Of a stretch of DNA of 64,000 bases, positions 9,901-19,940 are shown piece after piece. Source of the stretch: an uncultured bacterium (GTDB taxonomy: Bacteria; Babelota; Babeliae; Babelales; Babelaceae); contig CAWFXL010000001.1 in assembly GCA_963819815.1 (NCBI GenBank), forward strand, positions 1,088,001-1,152,000, read 5' to 3'. The notes beneath the pieces are model-generated. The model saw only the letters and a list, made by a program, of their open reading frames with translations. It did no database searches and was not told the origin of the DNA. Numbering within the stretch: position 1 is the first letter of the stretch; the number at the start of each line of letters is the position of its first letter. Both the position numbers and the translations under genes were made by a program.

Positions 9901-11046
9901 TTATGCTAAAGAAGCCTCAATACTGGAAATCTCAATTAACATTTTTTTCACCTGTTCTAAATCTACAATCGCGATTTTCGCTTCCACATCCTCAATACCA
10001 AAGGGTATGACTAATTTCTTACCCGAATGGTCTATGGTCATCGCAAGACACATTTCGACTCCAACGTGAGTAAAGGTAAAGGGTAGCGACAATTTTGTTA
10101 TAACAAAATTCTTGTCCATAAACACAAGCCTATGCGTATAGGAGCGATACACATGAGTTTCATGAACCATTGCAAGATAACCATCCTCAAACTCTACAGG
10201 AGCCGCCGAACCATGAAAATAAGTAAAATCTAATGTTGGGTCATAGGTAAAAACAGTTTGGGTTTCACCACTTTGGATGTTTGCCTCTATAATAACAAAA
10301 GGGTCGTAGATATAAATAAATCTAAGTTTATCTCCCGGAATATGCAGCCAATTTTTTTCCCACCGTTTTTCTTTTGGTCCAGTAAAAAAGGTAAAACTTT
10401 CTATCTTGGTTGGAAGAACATCCTGTGATCTAAAAAAGGTAAAACTTTCTATCTTGGTTGGAAGAACATCCCGTGATCCGTCTAACTTGCATGCTGAAAA
10501 CTTCTGTATTCTCTCCTTACCCTTAAGATAAAACCAACTCGAGAACCAGCTAGCGCCCTTCCAATTAAATAGTCTATGATCAATAAAAAGGAGATCTGGA
10601 GTTACAACATCTGCTATTAGATCAGTTGGTATCATAATTTCTTGCTCTCCCAAAAGGTTGAAAGATTTGTCATATCTCAGAAAGAATCCTCTATTTTTCC
10701 TAGCTTCTCCACCAGTTCCTTCCCAATTATCCTTTGTTAAATTACTAGTCCTACAAATCATGTCATAACCTAGATCTGTCTTGATGATGGAAGGATTATA
10801 GGCTGCGTATGTACCGCTACCATCCTTTAAAGGTGGCAATTTAAAAGAAATATCGATTATCTTTTCACATTCAAGATTTTTGACAACATTTGCTAATTCA
10901 TATCTATAATCAGCTTTAGGCCCTCCTCTACGTAGTAGAAGTCTATTCAGATCCTCCAGGGTCCATCTTTCTCCATCACCGCATACTACGGGAGCCCATA
11001 ATAATTGGGCAATAAGCCCCATATAAAATACAATGTTCATTAACAT
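9901..11046 (-). CDS. Secreted five-bladed beta-propeller glycosidase-like protein (GH130/GH43-like fold)
   Basis: YNPSI, DHRLF, WEKNW, HGSAAP, YTHRLV and GVEMC motifs; signal peptide. Confidence 0.6.
   Translation of the reverse strand: MLMNIVFYMGLIAQLLWAPVVCGDGERWTLEDLNRLLLRRGGPKADYRYELANVVKNLECEKIIDISFKLPPLKDGSGTYAAYNPSIIKTDLGYDMICRTSNLTKDNWEGTGGEARKNRGFFLRYDKSFNLLGEQEIMIPTDLIADVVTPDLLFIDHRLFNWKGASWFSSWFYLKGKERIQKFSACKLDGSRDVLPTKIESFTFFRSQDVLPTKIESFTFFTGPKEKRWEKNWLHIPGDKLRFIYIYDPFVIIEANIQSGETQTVFTYDPTLDFTYFHGSAAPVEFEDGYLAMVHETHVYRSYTHRLVFMDKNFVITKLSLPFTFTHVGVEMCLAMTIDHSGKKLVIPFGIEDVEAKIAIVDLEQVKKMLIEISSIEASLA
10383..10478. repeat. In-frame 48-bp tandem duplication (2 copies, 1 mismatch)
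   Basis: taaaaaaggtaaaactttctatcttggttggaagaacatcc(t/c)gtgatc x2, encoding S(R/Q)DVLPTKIESFTFF twice. Confidence 0.95.
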
Positions 11047-11528
11047 AACTTTCTCCCCTATGTATCATAATAGAAACCAGTTCCATATATATGTTGCTAC
11101 TTAAATCGATAGAGCTTTAGCCAAAGCTACTTTTTTGATCTTAGGGCATTCATTACAGAGTGAATTTACCGTTTCATATACCACTTCACTTCGTTTTAAA
11201 CATCCTTCTTAAATTTCATCATATTATAATTACATTATAGATATCAATATTTAATAACGAATCTGCTATCGAATGATCTTGCTAACAGGAGATCTCAATC
11301 GGAGCTAAGGTTCTCATGCAATTTAATATTTTTCGAAAAAACAAAAAAAGAATCTTTTGGTCGACCAATTCAGGCATGAAATCTATAATTTATGATTAGG
11401 TTTGATCTAATGAAGAAAATACCAAAAAAAGGCTGCCAACATCTGACCCCATGGTCTATGATCCCAAATTGTGCCTAATTGCTCAAGCAAGTCTAAATAA
11501 CTATCACCAATAGTTTTACGAAAAAAGC

Positions 11529-11558
11529 TTGCATTTGATTTTTTGTTAGTGCTAGTAT
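11529..11558 (+). promoter_or_regulatory. Putative sigma70 promoter
   Basis: TTGCAT-18 bp-TAGTAT with TG extended -10, upstream of the GT11-like gene. Confidence 0.4.
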
Positions 11559-11683
11559 GAACATGAATTATGGGCCATCATGCCATACACTAAATTTCCT
11601 TTAGCTGGAATTCCTTATGAGCACGATGCAAATTGCATTAAAAAATGATACATGGGCAAGCAAGCCTTCTACAAAGGATGCTG

Positions 11684-12679
11684 ATGAAACAACTTAGTTT
11701 ACCATTATTTCTTTTTATATTTATTTCATCCAACTTGATATCTGCAGGCTGTGGTATAAGTTATACAGATGAGCATGTGGGTCGCTTTGGTGATTGTTTA
11801 AAAACATATTGTGAAGCTCGTTGGCTAGCCTTTAAGAATAATTGGGAATTTTATTACCATCCTTTCAGTTATACTGATAAATTGGCTATGCATACCCTAT
11901 TCAAGCATAGGAAAAATCACCACTTCCCCCATGAAGTATCCATTCGCGATGTTCGGCAGATACCTGACGGATCTACCGATACTCTGTATATTGTCGATGG
12001 CTTTTTAGCAAACAATGATGTTAACTTGGAGAATCACAAATTCATGGCGCTTGTCCAAGCTGAAGTCAGCCCAGTCGTTGCCATAGAAGAAATAGCGATT
12101 CCCCAAGATCACTATGCTATCGCACTTCATGTGAGACGTGGCGGTGGCTATGATTATGCACTATATCAATCTGATACTCTTGTACATACGCAGACTAATG
12201 ATGTTCAAGCTACGACGGATGCCCAACAGAAGACCTATGATGATCAACGCTTTCCAACAAGGTTTCCTCCAGATACCTTCTTCATTGACCAACTTAAGTT
12301 CGTGGTCGAACAAGTGGATCCTAAAAAAAAGATCTACGTTCATCTTTTTACAGATGACCCTTTACCATCAGCAATCGTGGAGAAATATAGGCGGGCAATT
12401 AATGAACCAAGGGTTGTTTTTGGGTACCGCATAACTGGAAATCGCCTACATGAAAACGTGCTGGAAGACTTCTTCAACATAATGCGATTTGACTGCCTCA
12501 TTCGTTCGGCATCTCATTTTTCAGAGATGGCTGGCGCTATAGGCCGGATAAAGCTAGAAATCAAGCCGGAACAAATTAGATGGGAAGGTAGAAAGCTTAT
12601 AGTGACAACAGTGAAGGTGATAGAGCGCGATAGCAAAAATACCATGATCCAATACATTGTCACAGATAACAAGGATTGA
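11684..12679 (+). CDS. GT11/GT23 fucosyltransferase-like protein with signal peptide
   Basis: GRFGD N-terminal motif, ALHVRRGGG, HLFTDD, SASHFS. Confidence 0.65.
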   Translation: MKQLSLPLFLFIFISSNLISAGCGISYTDEHVGRFGDCLKTYCEARWLAFKNNWEFYYHPFSYTDKLAMHTLFKHRKNHHFPHEVSIRDVRQIPDGSTDTLYIVDGFLANNDVNLENHKFMALVQAEVSPVVAIEEIAIPQDHYAIALHVRRGGGYDYALYQSDTLVHTQTNDVQATTDAQQKTYDDQRFPTRFPPDTFFIDQLKFVVEQVDPKKKIYVHLFTDDPLPSAIVEKYRRAINEPRVVFGYRITGNRLHENVLEDFFNIMRFDCLIRSASHFSEMAGAIGRIKLEIKPEQIRWEGRKLIVTTVKVIERDSKNTMIQYIVTDNKD

Positions 12680-12764
12680 CGCATTGAATATCATGATCCT
12701 GAACTAGGGCATGCAATCTTTGCCAGATCTCACAGAAAATGATTCAAAAAATTTGGAGGCAAAT

Positions 12765-13787
12765 ATGTTTTTTTTACTAAAATGGGCTATAAGAAAAATG
12801 GGCCATATGTTATCTATTAATAATCCTACCAAAAGGATGATAGTAGCCTGGTTAATATTGGTAAGCTTTTTTATGAGAGCTAACGCGCCAACAATACACG
12901 CTAACTTATACAAGAACTCCAGCAACACTCCAGACATTGTTATCAGATGGCAATACCAATATTTTTGCGATCATGTATATGATTCACAAGATAGTCATTA
13001 TTGGCCGACCCCTGAACATAAATTAGTGAAATTCAATCCAAAAAAGGTAAAGCCTGGTGATACCATTTTTATTCGTAAGATTTCTCGCTTCTTCAAAGAA
13101 ATGCACCCCAAAATTGAACATCCCTATATCGTGGTATCAGCTGGGGATAGCCAAGACCAAATTATAGATGATTATGAGGGATACCTTAATGAAGACAAGG
13201 TTATTGCATGGTTTGGAGTGCATCCAAATAAAATGGCCATGAAACATCCCAAGTTTCATCCCTTACCTCTTGGCATTATGCAAGATCATGACTTCTACGA
13301 TGAGCAAGAAGACCTAAATAATGAATTTAGAGAGTTGCGCGAAGAGGCCGAGAAAAAATATCTTATATATATGAATTTTAGCCCAGGATATGCTGATCGT
13401 AAACAGGTCAGAGAATTATTCCTAAACAAACCTTATTGCAAAACAACAGACGAAGCTTTAGGTTATTCAAGCTATTTAGAAGAAATGGCTGAATGTTACT
13501 TTGCCCTTTCACCAGAAGGCACAGGGCCCGATTGCTATAGAACATATGAAGCTCTTCTGGTAGGCTCTATTCCGATAGTAAAAAGTTCACAGCTTGATAC
13601 ATTATTTGAAGATCTTCCAGTACTCATTATTGATACTTGGGAACAGGCAGCAAATGAGAAGTTCTTAAAAGAGGCATATAAAAAAATAACTTCAAAGAAA
13701 TATAATATCGAAAAATTATATACCCATTATTGGACAAGCCAAATTCAAAAATTACAGCAAGAATTTCGCAAAAATACTGCGAAGTGA
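12765..13787 (+). CDS. Exostosin/GT47-like glycosyltransferase
   Basis: FALSPEGTGPDCYRTYEALLVGSIPIV; GGAGG RBS before ATG 12765 (start uncertain). Confidence 0.8.
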   Translation: MFFLLKWAIRKMGHMLSINNPTKRMIVAWLILVSFFMRANAPTIHANLYKNSSNTPDIVIRWQYQYFCDHVYDSQDSHYWPTPEHKLVKFNPKKVKPGDTIFIRKISRFFKEMHPKIEHPYIVVSAGDSQDQIIDDYEGYLNEDKVIAWFGVHPNKMAMKHPKFHPLPLGIMQDHDFYDEQEDLNNEFRELREEAEKKYLIYMNFSPGYADRKQVRELFLNKPYCKTTDEALGYSSYLEEMAECYFALSPEGTGPDCYRTYEALLVGSIPIVKSSQLDTLFEDLPVLIIDTWEQAANEKFLKEAYKKITSKKYNIEKLYTHYWTSQIQKLQQEFRKNTAK

Positions 13788-13945
13788 CATGAAGGTAGGA
13801 CAAAAAGGTATTTAAACCTTTCAATTAGAAAAAGTTGGAAATAGACCAAAACCCTAAATATTTTTTCGCTCTAACTCACATCCCAGATTGAGAGAGCTGA
13901 AAATACCACTTCACTTGAACCAGTACTTATAACGTTAATAGACTA

Positions 13946-13975
13946 TTGCATTCTGAAACCTTTTCTTGCTAACCT
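13946..13975 (+). promoter_or_regulatory. Putative sigma70 promoter
   Basis: TTGCAT-18 bp-TAACCT with TG extension, same layout as the one at 11529. Confidence 0.4.
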
Positions 13976-14045
13976 GAAACTAAGGCGTTAAAACGAACGA
14001 ACAAATTATTTAATTTTGATAATGAGCTATAAAAAGGGTATCATA

Positions 14046-15044
14046 ATGAAACAACCTACTTCGAAATATGCACTTATTGGCATTCTTACTATATCTATAT
14101 TTTCAAGCATTTTCTGCACTTCAAACCGTAGTGCTGGTATCACCTACTCTTTTGGCGGGGGACGATTAGGGGATAATCTTTATACCTACGCGGAAGCTCG
14201 ATGGCTTGCTTACTCTAAGGGACTAGAATTTTATTATAGACCTTTTGAGCATTCTTCCTTTCTCAATATGCACAGAGCGCACAAGAACTATAGGGATCAT
14301 AACCATTTGAGGATAAAATCAACCACTGACATTAGCATACTAGATAGCGAACAAGTCGATAACTTATACGTCATTTCCCCTTTCATATCCAATAATCATA
14401 TTAATTGGGATGATCCGGTTTTTTATAACATGATAGAGACAGAAATTAGTCCTATAAATGATATTCCCCATTTAGAGGTACCCGCTGAACATCTTTGCAT
14501 AGGCTTACATGTTCGTCGTGGCGGCGGTTGGGATAATCCATTGAAACAGAAATCTGCTTTGATTAATTCTAAACTTGAAGATGAAGATGACAATGATACC
14601 TATGCTGATGTTCAGTACCCTAATAGGTTTCCACCAGATAGCTTTTTTATAGACCAATTAAACTATATTTTGGATCGCTTCTCTGATAGAAAGTTCTATG
14701 TTCATATTTTTTCCGATGATCCACGCCCAGACCTTATCGCTGAAAAATATCGTAAAATGCTGCCTAGCTCTAGAATTAAGTACGGTTATCGTAAAGATGA
14801 GAATAAGCACAACGCAAATGTTTTAACCGATTTTTTTATGATTTCTCAATGTGACGTAGTTATCAGAGCTGATTCATTTTTTTCTGAAATGGCCTGTCAT
14901 GTAGGTCGCGTTAAGCTTGAATTATGGCCTAATAAGTCTAGGTGGGAGAAAGATATTCTTTTGGTAACACAGATCGGAATCAAAGAAAGAGATCAAAAAA
15001 AATGGGGCACAAAAACCTATTACCTGGCAAACCCAGATGCTTAG
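14046..15044 (+). CDS. GT11/GT23 fucosyltransferase-like protein, paralog of 11684..12679
   Basis: GGRLGD, GLHVRRGGG, RFPPDSFF, HIFSDD; signal peptide. Confidence 0.65.
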   Translation: MKQPTSKYALIGILTISIFSSIFCTSNRSAGITYSFGGGRLGDNLYTYAEARWLAYSKGLEFYYRPFEHSSFLNMHRAHKNYRDHNHLRIKSTTDISILDSEQVDNLYVISPFISNNHINWDDPVFYNMIETEISPINDIPHLEVPAEHLCIGLHVRRGGGWDNPLKQKSALINSKLEDEDDNDTYADVQYPNRFPPDSFFIDQLNYILDRFSDRKFYVHIFSDDPRPDLIAEKYRKMLPSSRIKYGYRKDENKHNANVLTDFFMISQCDVVIRADSFFSEMACHVGRVKLELWPNKSRWEKDILLVTQIGIKERDQKKWGTKTYYLANPDA

Positions 15045-15367
15045 CGGTACAAAAATAGGTGAGAGCTCAAGATCTTTGTGGAAACTGAATACCTGCCATG
15101 AAGTTTTCAGAAGCATCACCTCTCTTCAAGCAACCCGGGGGGGTTGGCCATTCCAAAAGATCTAGTTGCATATGAGCTTCTTCACTCATATAGTTCACCT
15201 TATCCAGCCACGCAGAATTTGTTGGATTCAGCACATAGTTAGATAAAAAGATGACTCATTCTAATTGTGTTTCGTTATTTTCAGCGACCTTCTATTGATT
15301 ACTTATTCCTATTACGGTTAAAATAAAATTAGCGATTAGGAAATAATTTATTTTGGGAGAGGGGATC

Positions 15368-16336
15368 ATGAAGTTTTCACGATATTACACTATTGAACTT
15401 TTATTTGGAACGTTGCTATATCTACCAATCCTATTTTCGAACGGGAAGCTTGGATTGCCATTAAATGAGACACCTAAAAGAGAAGCTATCTTGAGATATA
15501 TCCCAGACACCAAAAAGCCAATATTTAACAGCCTTTCTTCTAAAAAAAGCATGTGGACCTCTGGTAAGGAAGTATCTGTATCAAAATTTGGGGTGCCAAA
15601 AATAATTCATCAAATATGGATTGGAAAAAGTCTGCCATCAATCTTAGGTAAATATATGTCAACATTTAGCATGATGAATGGATATTACTATAAACTATGG
15701 GATAATGCAGATCTTCATGAAATAAACTTTCCCAAAACATGGAAATATATCGAACCATTATTGCTAGATTCAAAAATTGTCTATGCTAAAATTGCTGACT
15801 TGATGAGATTAGAAATTTTGTATCATCATGGTGGAATATACGTTGATGCTACCATGCAGGCTTTGCAAAGCATGGATGTAATATTAGAGAGTATCGATAC
15901 TCCCTTTATGATAAGTCAGGAGGATTACTGTGGATTAGACTGCGTAGGTCAAGAAGATAAACCCTATATTTCAAGTGGATTTATTGTGAGCATTCCGGGC
16001 TACAAAGTTCTTGAAAGATTGCTTTCAGAAGAATATCTATCACAAATCGATTTTTCTGAAAAAGCAAATCTTGCCACAGGACCCTATTATGTAAGAACAG
16101 GAATTAAAGAAGCTTCTGAGGTTACTGTGTTGCCCACAGATATGATTTATCCGATTCCTTTTGCAGATCGGAACGTTGATGAATTGTATTCTGACTGGTT
16201 TTCATTTAAAGCACGCCAAGGATTTGAGCAGTATAATTATTTTGACACTCCATGCTATATAAAAATTCCCTGCCAGGCTTTTCCTCATGCAGTTACACTC
16301 AGAAACTGGAAGCTTGGTGGAAGTTGGTTGAAATAA
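15368..16336 (+). CDS. GT32 (OCH1/DXD sugar-binding) glycosyltransferase
   Basis: VPKIIHQIWIG, ADLMRLEILYHHGGIYVD, TGP; N-terminal hydrophobic anchor. Confidence 0.85.
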   Translation: MKFSRYYTIELLFGTLLYLPILFSNGKLGLPLNETPKREAILRYIPDTKKPIFNSLSSKKSMWTSGKEVSVSKFGVPKIIHQIWIGKSLPSILGKYMSTFSMMNGYYYKLWDNADLHEINFPKTWKYIEPLLLDSKIVYAKIADLMRLEILYHHGGIYVDATMQALQSMDVILESIDTPFMISQEDYCGLDCVGQEDKPYISSGFIVSIPGYKVLERLLSEEYLSQIDFSEKANLATGPYYVRTGIKEASEVTVLPTDMIYPIPFADRNVDELYSDWFSFKARQGFEQYNYFDTPCYIKIPCQAFPHAVTLRNWKLGGSWLK

Positions 16337-16424
16337 TGACCCTTTTGAGCCCCCTAGATTTTTCCAAGCGCAAGCCCTGTTTATAGAGAAAAAGGACATT
16401 TACACAAAAATTTCTTACAAACCC

Positions 16425-17127
16425 TGTGACTGCAAAGCGAAAATGTCCCCTATTCTGCAAAGTAGAAATGTCCTCCCAACTATTGAAAACAGGCCCCCTC
16501 TTTGGGCAGATTCTGGTATCAACTTAACAAGTCCAGAATTGCAAGAAGGGGCAAAATGGAGAAACTATTTACTATGAAGCAGATATACATGTGATCGAAA
16601 TTATTAAGCAAGTGGCATTGGGAGCTCTAACACGAAAGAAGGCTGCTCAATTGTCAGGCTATGGCTTGCGTCAGATAAGCCGTAACACAGAAGAAGGCCC
16701 TAAGAGACTTATACGCGGCAACGCTGACAAGCCCAGTAACAATAAAACATCGGGCGAAGTAGAAGAAAGTATTGTTGAGATTATGTCAACTAAACTGGAA
16801 GGCTTTGATCCGACTCATGCGACTGAGATGCTTAAGCGGGAATATAACATTACTGCAAATAGAGAAACGTAAGGCAAATTATGATCCGGCATCAACTGTC
16901 CAGTTGTATACGGGTTGCGAAGTAACCGTCTGTGCTTTGATGGAACTCTATGGCTAACTTATAGTAAAAAAAGACTGTATTGTAAAGAGATAACTGAACC
17001 TAAAAAAACAGTCCGAAAGGAGCAAGTCAAAGTGGTGAGCAACATAATGTACAGGCCGCCTAAAAACCACTCCTGGCGAGAACCGGGTGTACTGAAATAA
17101 ATGGGACATTTCTACTTTGCTTTAACA
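16425..17127 (+). mobile_element. Internally deleted IS1202-family (formerly ISNCY) element, 703 bp, with 16-bp target-site duplication
   Basis: TGT...ACA ends; IRL tgtgactgcaaagcgaaaatgtcc versus IRR (rc) tgttaaagcaaagtagaaatgtcc; second internal IR copy at 16456; aatttcttacaaaccc at 16409..16424 and 17128..17143. Confidence 0.85.
16556..17100 (+). pseudogene. Transposase relic: N-terminal HTH and C-terminal tail, DDE core deleted
   Basis: AAQLSGYGLRQISR...LIRGNADKPSNN...GFDPTHATEML (HTH region) and YRPPKNHSWR (typical C-terminal P-x-x-H-x-W-R) in different frames. Confidence 0.75.
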
Positions 17128-17215
17128 AATTTCTTACAAACCCTTGAAGTATGAGAAAATATTATGCTAACTTAACATTAAATACAAAACGGAATCTCAA
17201 AAAGGGAGAGAGTCG

Positions 17216-18079
17216 ATGAATTGTTCAAAAAAATTCTTGTTGGGAATACAACTAATTCTTCTAGGTAGTATTATCGAGAGTAATGAAATTAAGAGCAATT
17301 GCGAATTTGCAATTCTGATTCCATCATACAATAATGCAAAATTTTATGAAGAAAACCTACTTTCTGCATGTTGGCAAAAATCTACAAATCCTTACCATAT
17401 ATATTATATCAATGACTGCTCGACTGACGATACGGGCAAGCTTGTCGAAGGATTTGTTAAAAAACACCAGCTAGAAAACATTGTTACAATTATACATAAC
17501 CCAGAAAATATGGGTGCTGGTGCTAATACTTACAATACGATTCATAATTATATCTCAAACCATAAAATAGTCGTAATACTTGATGGAGATGATAAATTTG
17601 CGCACAATAATGTTCTTTTAACATTAGAGAAGTACTATAAAGATCCAGACCTTTGGCTAACTCATGGTAGAAGTACAGCATTCGGGAACGGTTATGATTA
17701 TACCCTTGGCAGTGCGATTCCAAAGGATCTTCTTCAAACACATCTCATTCGGAAACATGTCATGCCACAAATGACAGAACATCTCAGAACATTTAAAGCA
17801 GGACTATTTAAAAAGATAAATAAGGAATACTTCTATTATAATGGCAAGTTTATGAGGACTACAGCTGATACCGCTTTTATGCTTGCCATGTTGGAAATGT
17901 GTTGTCCTAAAGATGGTGCTATTGGTAAAAATCACGTTGCGTTCATAGATGAAGTTCTTTACTACTATCGCCGTAATAATCCAATAAGTGTTTACATGAT
18001 TAAACCAGCTCTACAGATGGAAATTGACGCCTATCTTAGAACATTAGAGCCTTTTCAGCCACTTGAACAGCTCGATTGA
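17216..18079 (+). CDS. Glycosyltransferase family 2, paralog of 1844..2674
   Basis: LIPSYNNA, YINDCSTD, LDGDD, HLRTFKAGLF; signal peptide; GGGAG RBS. Confidence 0.9.
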   Translation: MNCSKKFLLGIQLILLGSIIESNEIKSNCEFAILIPSYNNAKFYEENLLSACWQKSTNPYHIYYINDCSTDDTGKLVEGFVKKHQLENIVTIIHNPENMGAGANTYNTIHNYISNHKIVVILDGDDKFAHNNVLLTLEKYYKDPDLWLTHGRSTAFGNGYDYTLGSAIPKDLLQTHLIRKHVMPQMTEHLRTFKAGLFKKINKEYFYYNGKFMRTTADTAFMLAMLEMCCPKDGAIGKNHVAFIDEVLYYYRRNNPISVYMIKPALQMEIDAYLRTLEPFQPLEQLD

Positions 18080-18249
18080 TTTCCGCCCTTATGGCGAAGC
18101 GAAGATTGTATCAAAGATTATCCATAAAAACTGGAATCGTTTGAGAGTCAAATAGAAAAAGCGGATTCCCGCCTTCTGTGAGTCAAGCTTTTTCTGATTT
18201 TATCGAGTTAGTGGCCATTGCTTGCATTTCTGGTTGTTTATCAGATTCC

Positions 18250-18390
18250 TCACCTTTTCATCTTGTTCCTCAAATCCTGCAACTCCCAAATCGTGCTATC
18301 AAGCTGAGGGCGCGCAAGATATGTTCTAGCTATATTAATAATTTCATCATAATCTAAGTTTAATCCATACAAATAAGGATCATCGCCGTA
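18250..18390 (-). pseudogene. 3' fragment of a fourth PP-loop paralog
   Basis: Translates YGDDPYLYGLNLDYDEIINIARTYLARPQLDSTIWELQDLRNKMKR*, matching LGEDPHLYGF...STMWELQDLRNKMKK of 7884..9278. Confidence 0.8.
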
Positions 18391-18399
18391 GTGAAGGCA

Positions 18400-18640
18400 T
18401 TACCCCGTTCTAGAATTACGTATGGATATACATAAAGAAGGGAATTAGCATAATGCGAATGTTTTAAACGATTTTTTCATGATTTCCCAATGTGACGCAG
18501 TTATCCGGGCTGATTCATTTTTTTCTGAAATGGCTTGTAATGTGGGTCGGGTTAGGCTCGAATTATGGCCTGATAAATCTAAATGGGAGAATGATACCCT
18601 TTTAATAACACAGATCGGCATAAAAGAACGAGATCAAAAA
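18400..18640 (+). pseudogene. 3' fragment of a third GT11-like paralog
   Basis: Near-identical to the C-terminus of 14046..15044 (MISQCDAVIRADSFFSEMAC...GIKERDQK), with a frameshift and stop upstream. Confidence 0.85.
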
Positions 18641-18980
18641 GATATTACAGCTGTTCTTAGAGCAAAAAAAACAAGTAATAGCTCAAGATCTGATCTTTTT
18701 GAGAGCTTCACACTCCTATCGCGTCAGTCATGAATTTTGGATTTAACATTAGATTAAGCCAAGTATGTGCTGCTTAAAAAGGGAGCTTAAGACAGCACTC
18801 ACAATTAACCCGTGGTCTCGGTATAAAATTTCCTGTAATAAATTTACTCTGTTGAGCATCTTTGCAATTTCTGATGAGTACAGTTTGGAGTCAGCCACAA
18901 AATGCCGTTCTTACTATTTTTTAGCCCCTCCAAGAGAACAATTCTAGTGCCCCCTCGCCATATGTAACGCTGTACTTTCT

Positions 18981-19940
18981 TTATCTAAGTCTCTCCATGA
19001 GACTCCTAAACTGTCCAGCTTCTTGTGGCCAGTATTCTTTACGAACTGCATCAATGATATTGATCCAATGTTCCATGCCGAGAAGCTTTGGTGAATAGGT
19101 CCGAGTGGTCATTTCTTCATAGTGCTCCTCAAGAAACTCCTTGGTAATATCTTCCCATCTGTCTATGAATAAGACCGGAAGCCCTTCATACATGAAATCA
19201 AAGTATGAATGTTGTACTAGGGGAATGGAACCAAGAAGCACACTTTCCCACACACGATAACAATCAGGCCCAAGTCCCGGCGGCGAAAGAACGAACTTAT
19301 GCTCCGAAAGTTCTTCTATAAAAGTACCAAACTCACATCGCTCTACATACGTCACAAACGGTTTGTCCTCAAAGAGTTTACGTATACGCGTCCTTTCTGG
19401 CATACACCATTCGGTAAAATTCATATAGAGGAGTTTGTCTTTTTTCTTGTTACGAAGCATTGCAAATCGCTTATGCATTTCTCTTTTATTATCAAAAAGC
19501 TCTTTGTATTGTACAATTCCTAAGGGAAGAGGAATAATCCGCTCATGCTTAATATCACAAGGATGAATCGTAAACCATGCAAGAATTTTGCCATCCTTAA
19601 GGTACTTTACATATTTTTCTTGGAACTTATCAAGAAACTCTCCATGAGTAAGCACAAAATAGGGCACGTTGATTTTTTTGTGTTTATGATCAAAGTAATA
19701 CTCAAAGTCCCTCACAAAGACCATATCTCCCGGTTTTACGTCTTTCGGATCAAAACTTACGGGCCTATCATCTTTTGAAGGAGTTGGCCATACATGTCTT
19801 GGATCAAAATGATGGTCACAGAGCGCTTGAAAGGCCCATCTTATAACAAAGTTTTTTGAAATAGGCTCATCGTAGTGTATTCGCGATTCACACGATACAA
19901 CATAGAAAAGAGCCAACAACCCGAAAAACATTCTCTTCAT
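18981..19940 (-). CDS. Exostosin/GT47-like glycosyltransferase
   Basis: FVLSPPGLGPDCYRVWESVLLGSIP; signal peptide; 4-bp overlap with upstream gene. Confidence 0.8.
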   Translation of the reverse strand: MKRMFFGLLALFYVVSCESRIHYDEPISKNFVIRWAFQALCDHHFDPRHVWPTPSKDDRPVSFDPKDVKPGDMVFVRDFEYYFDHKHKKINVPYFVLTHGEFLDKFQEKYVKYLKDGKILAWFTIHPCDIKHERIIPLPLGIVQYKELFDNKREMHKRFAMLRNKKKDKLLYMNFTEWCMPERTRIRKLFEDKPFVTYVERCEFGTFIEELSEHKFVLSPPGLGPDCYRVWESVLLGSIPLVQHSYFDFMYEGLPVLFIDRWEDITKEFLEEHYEEMTTRTYSPKLLGMEHWINIIDAVRKEYWPQEAGQFRSLMERLR

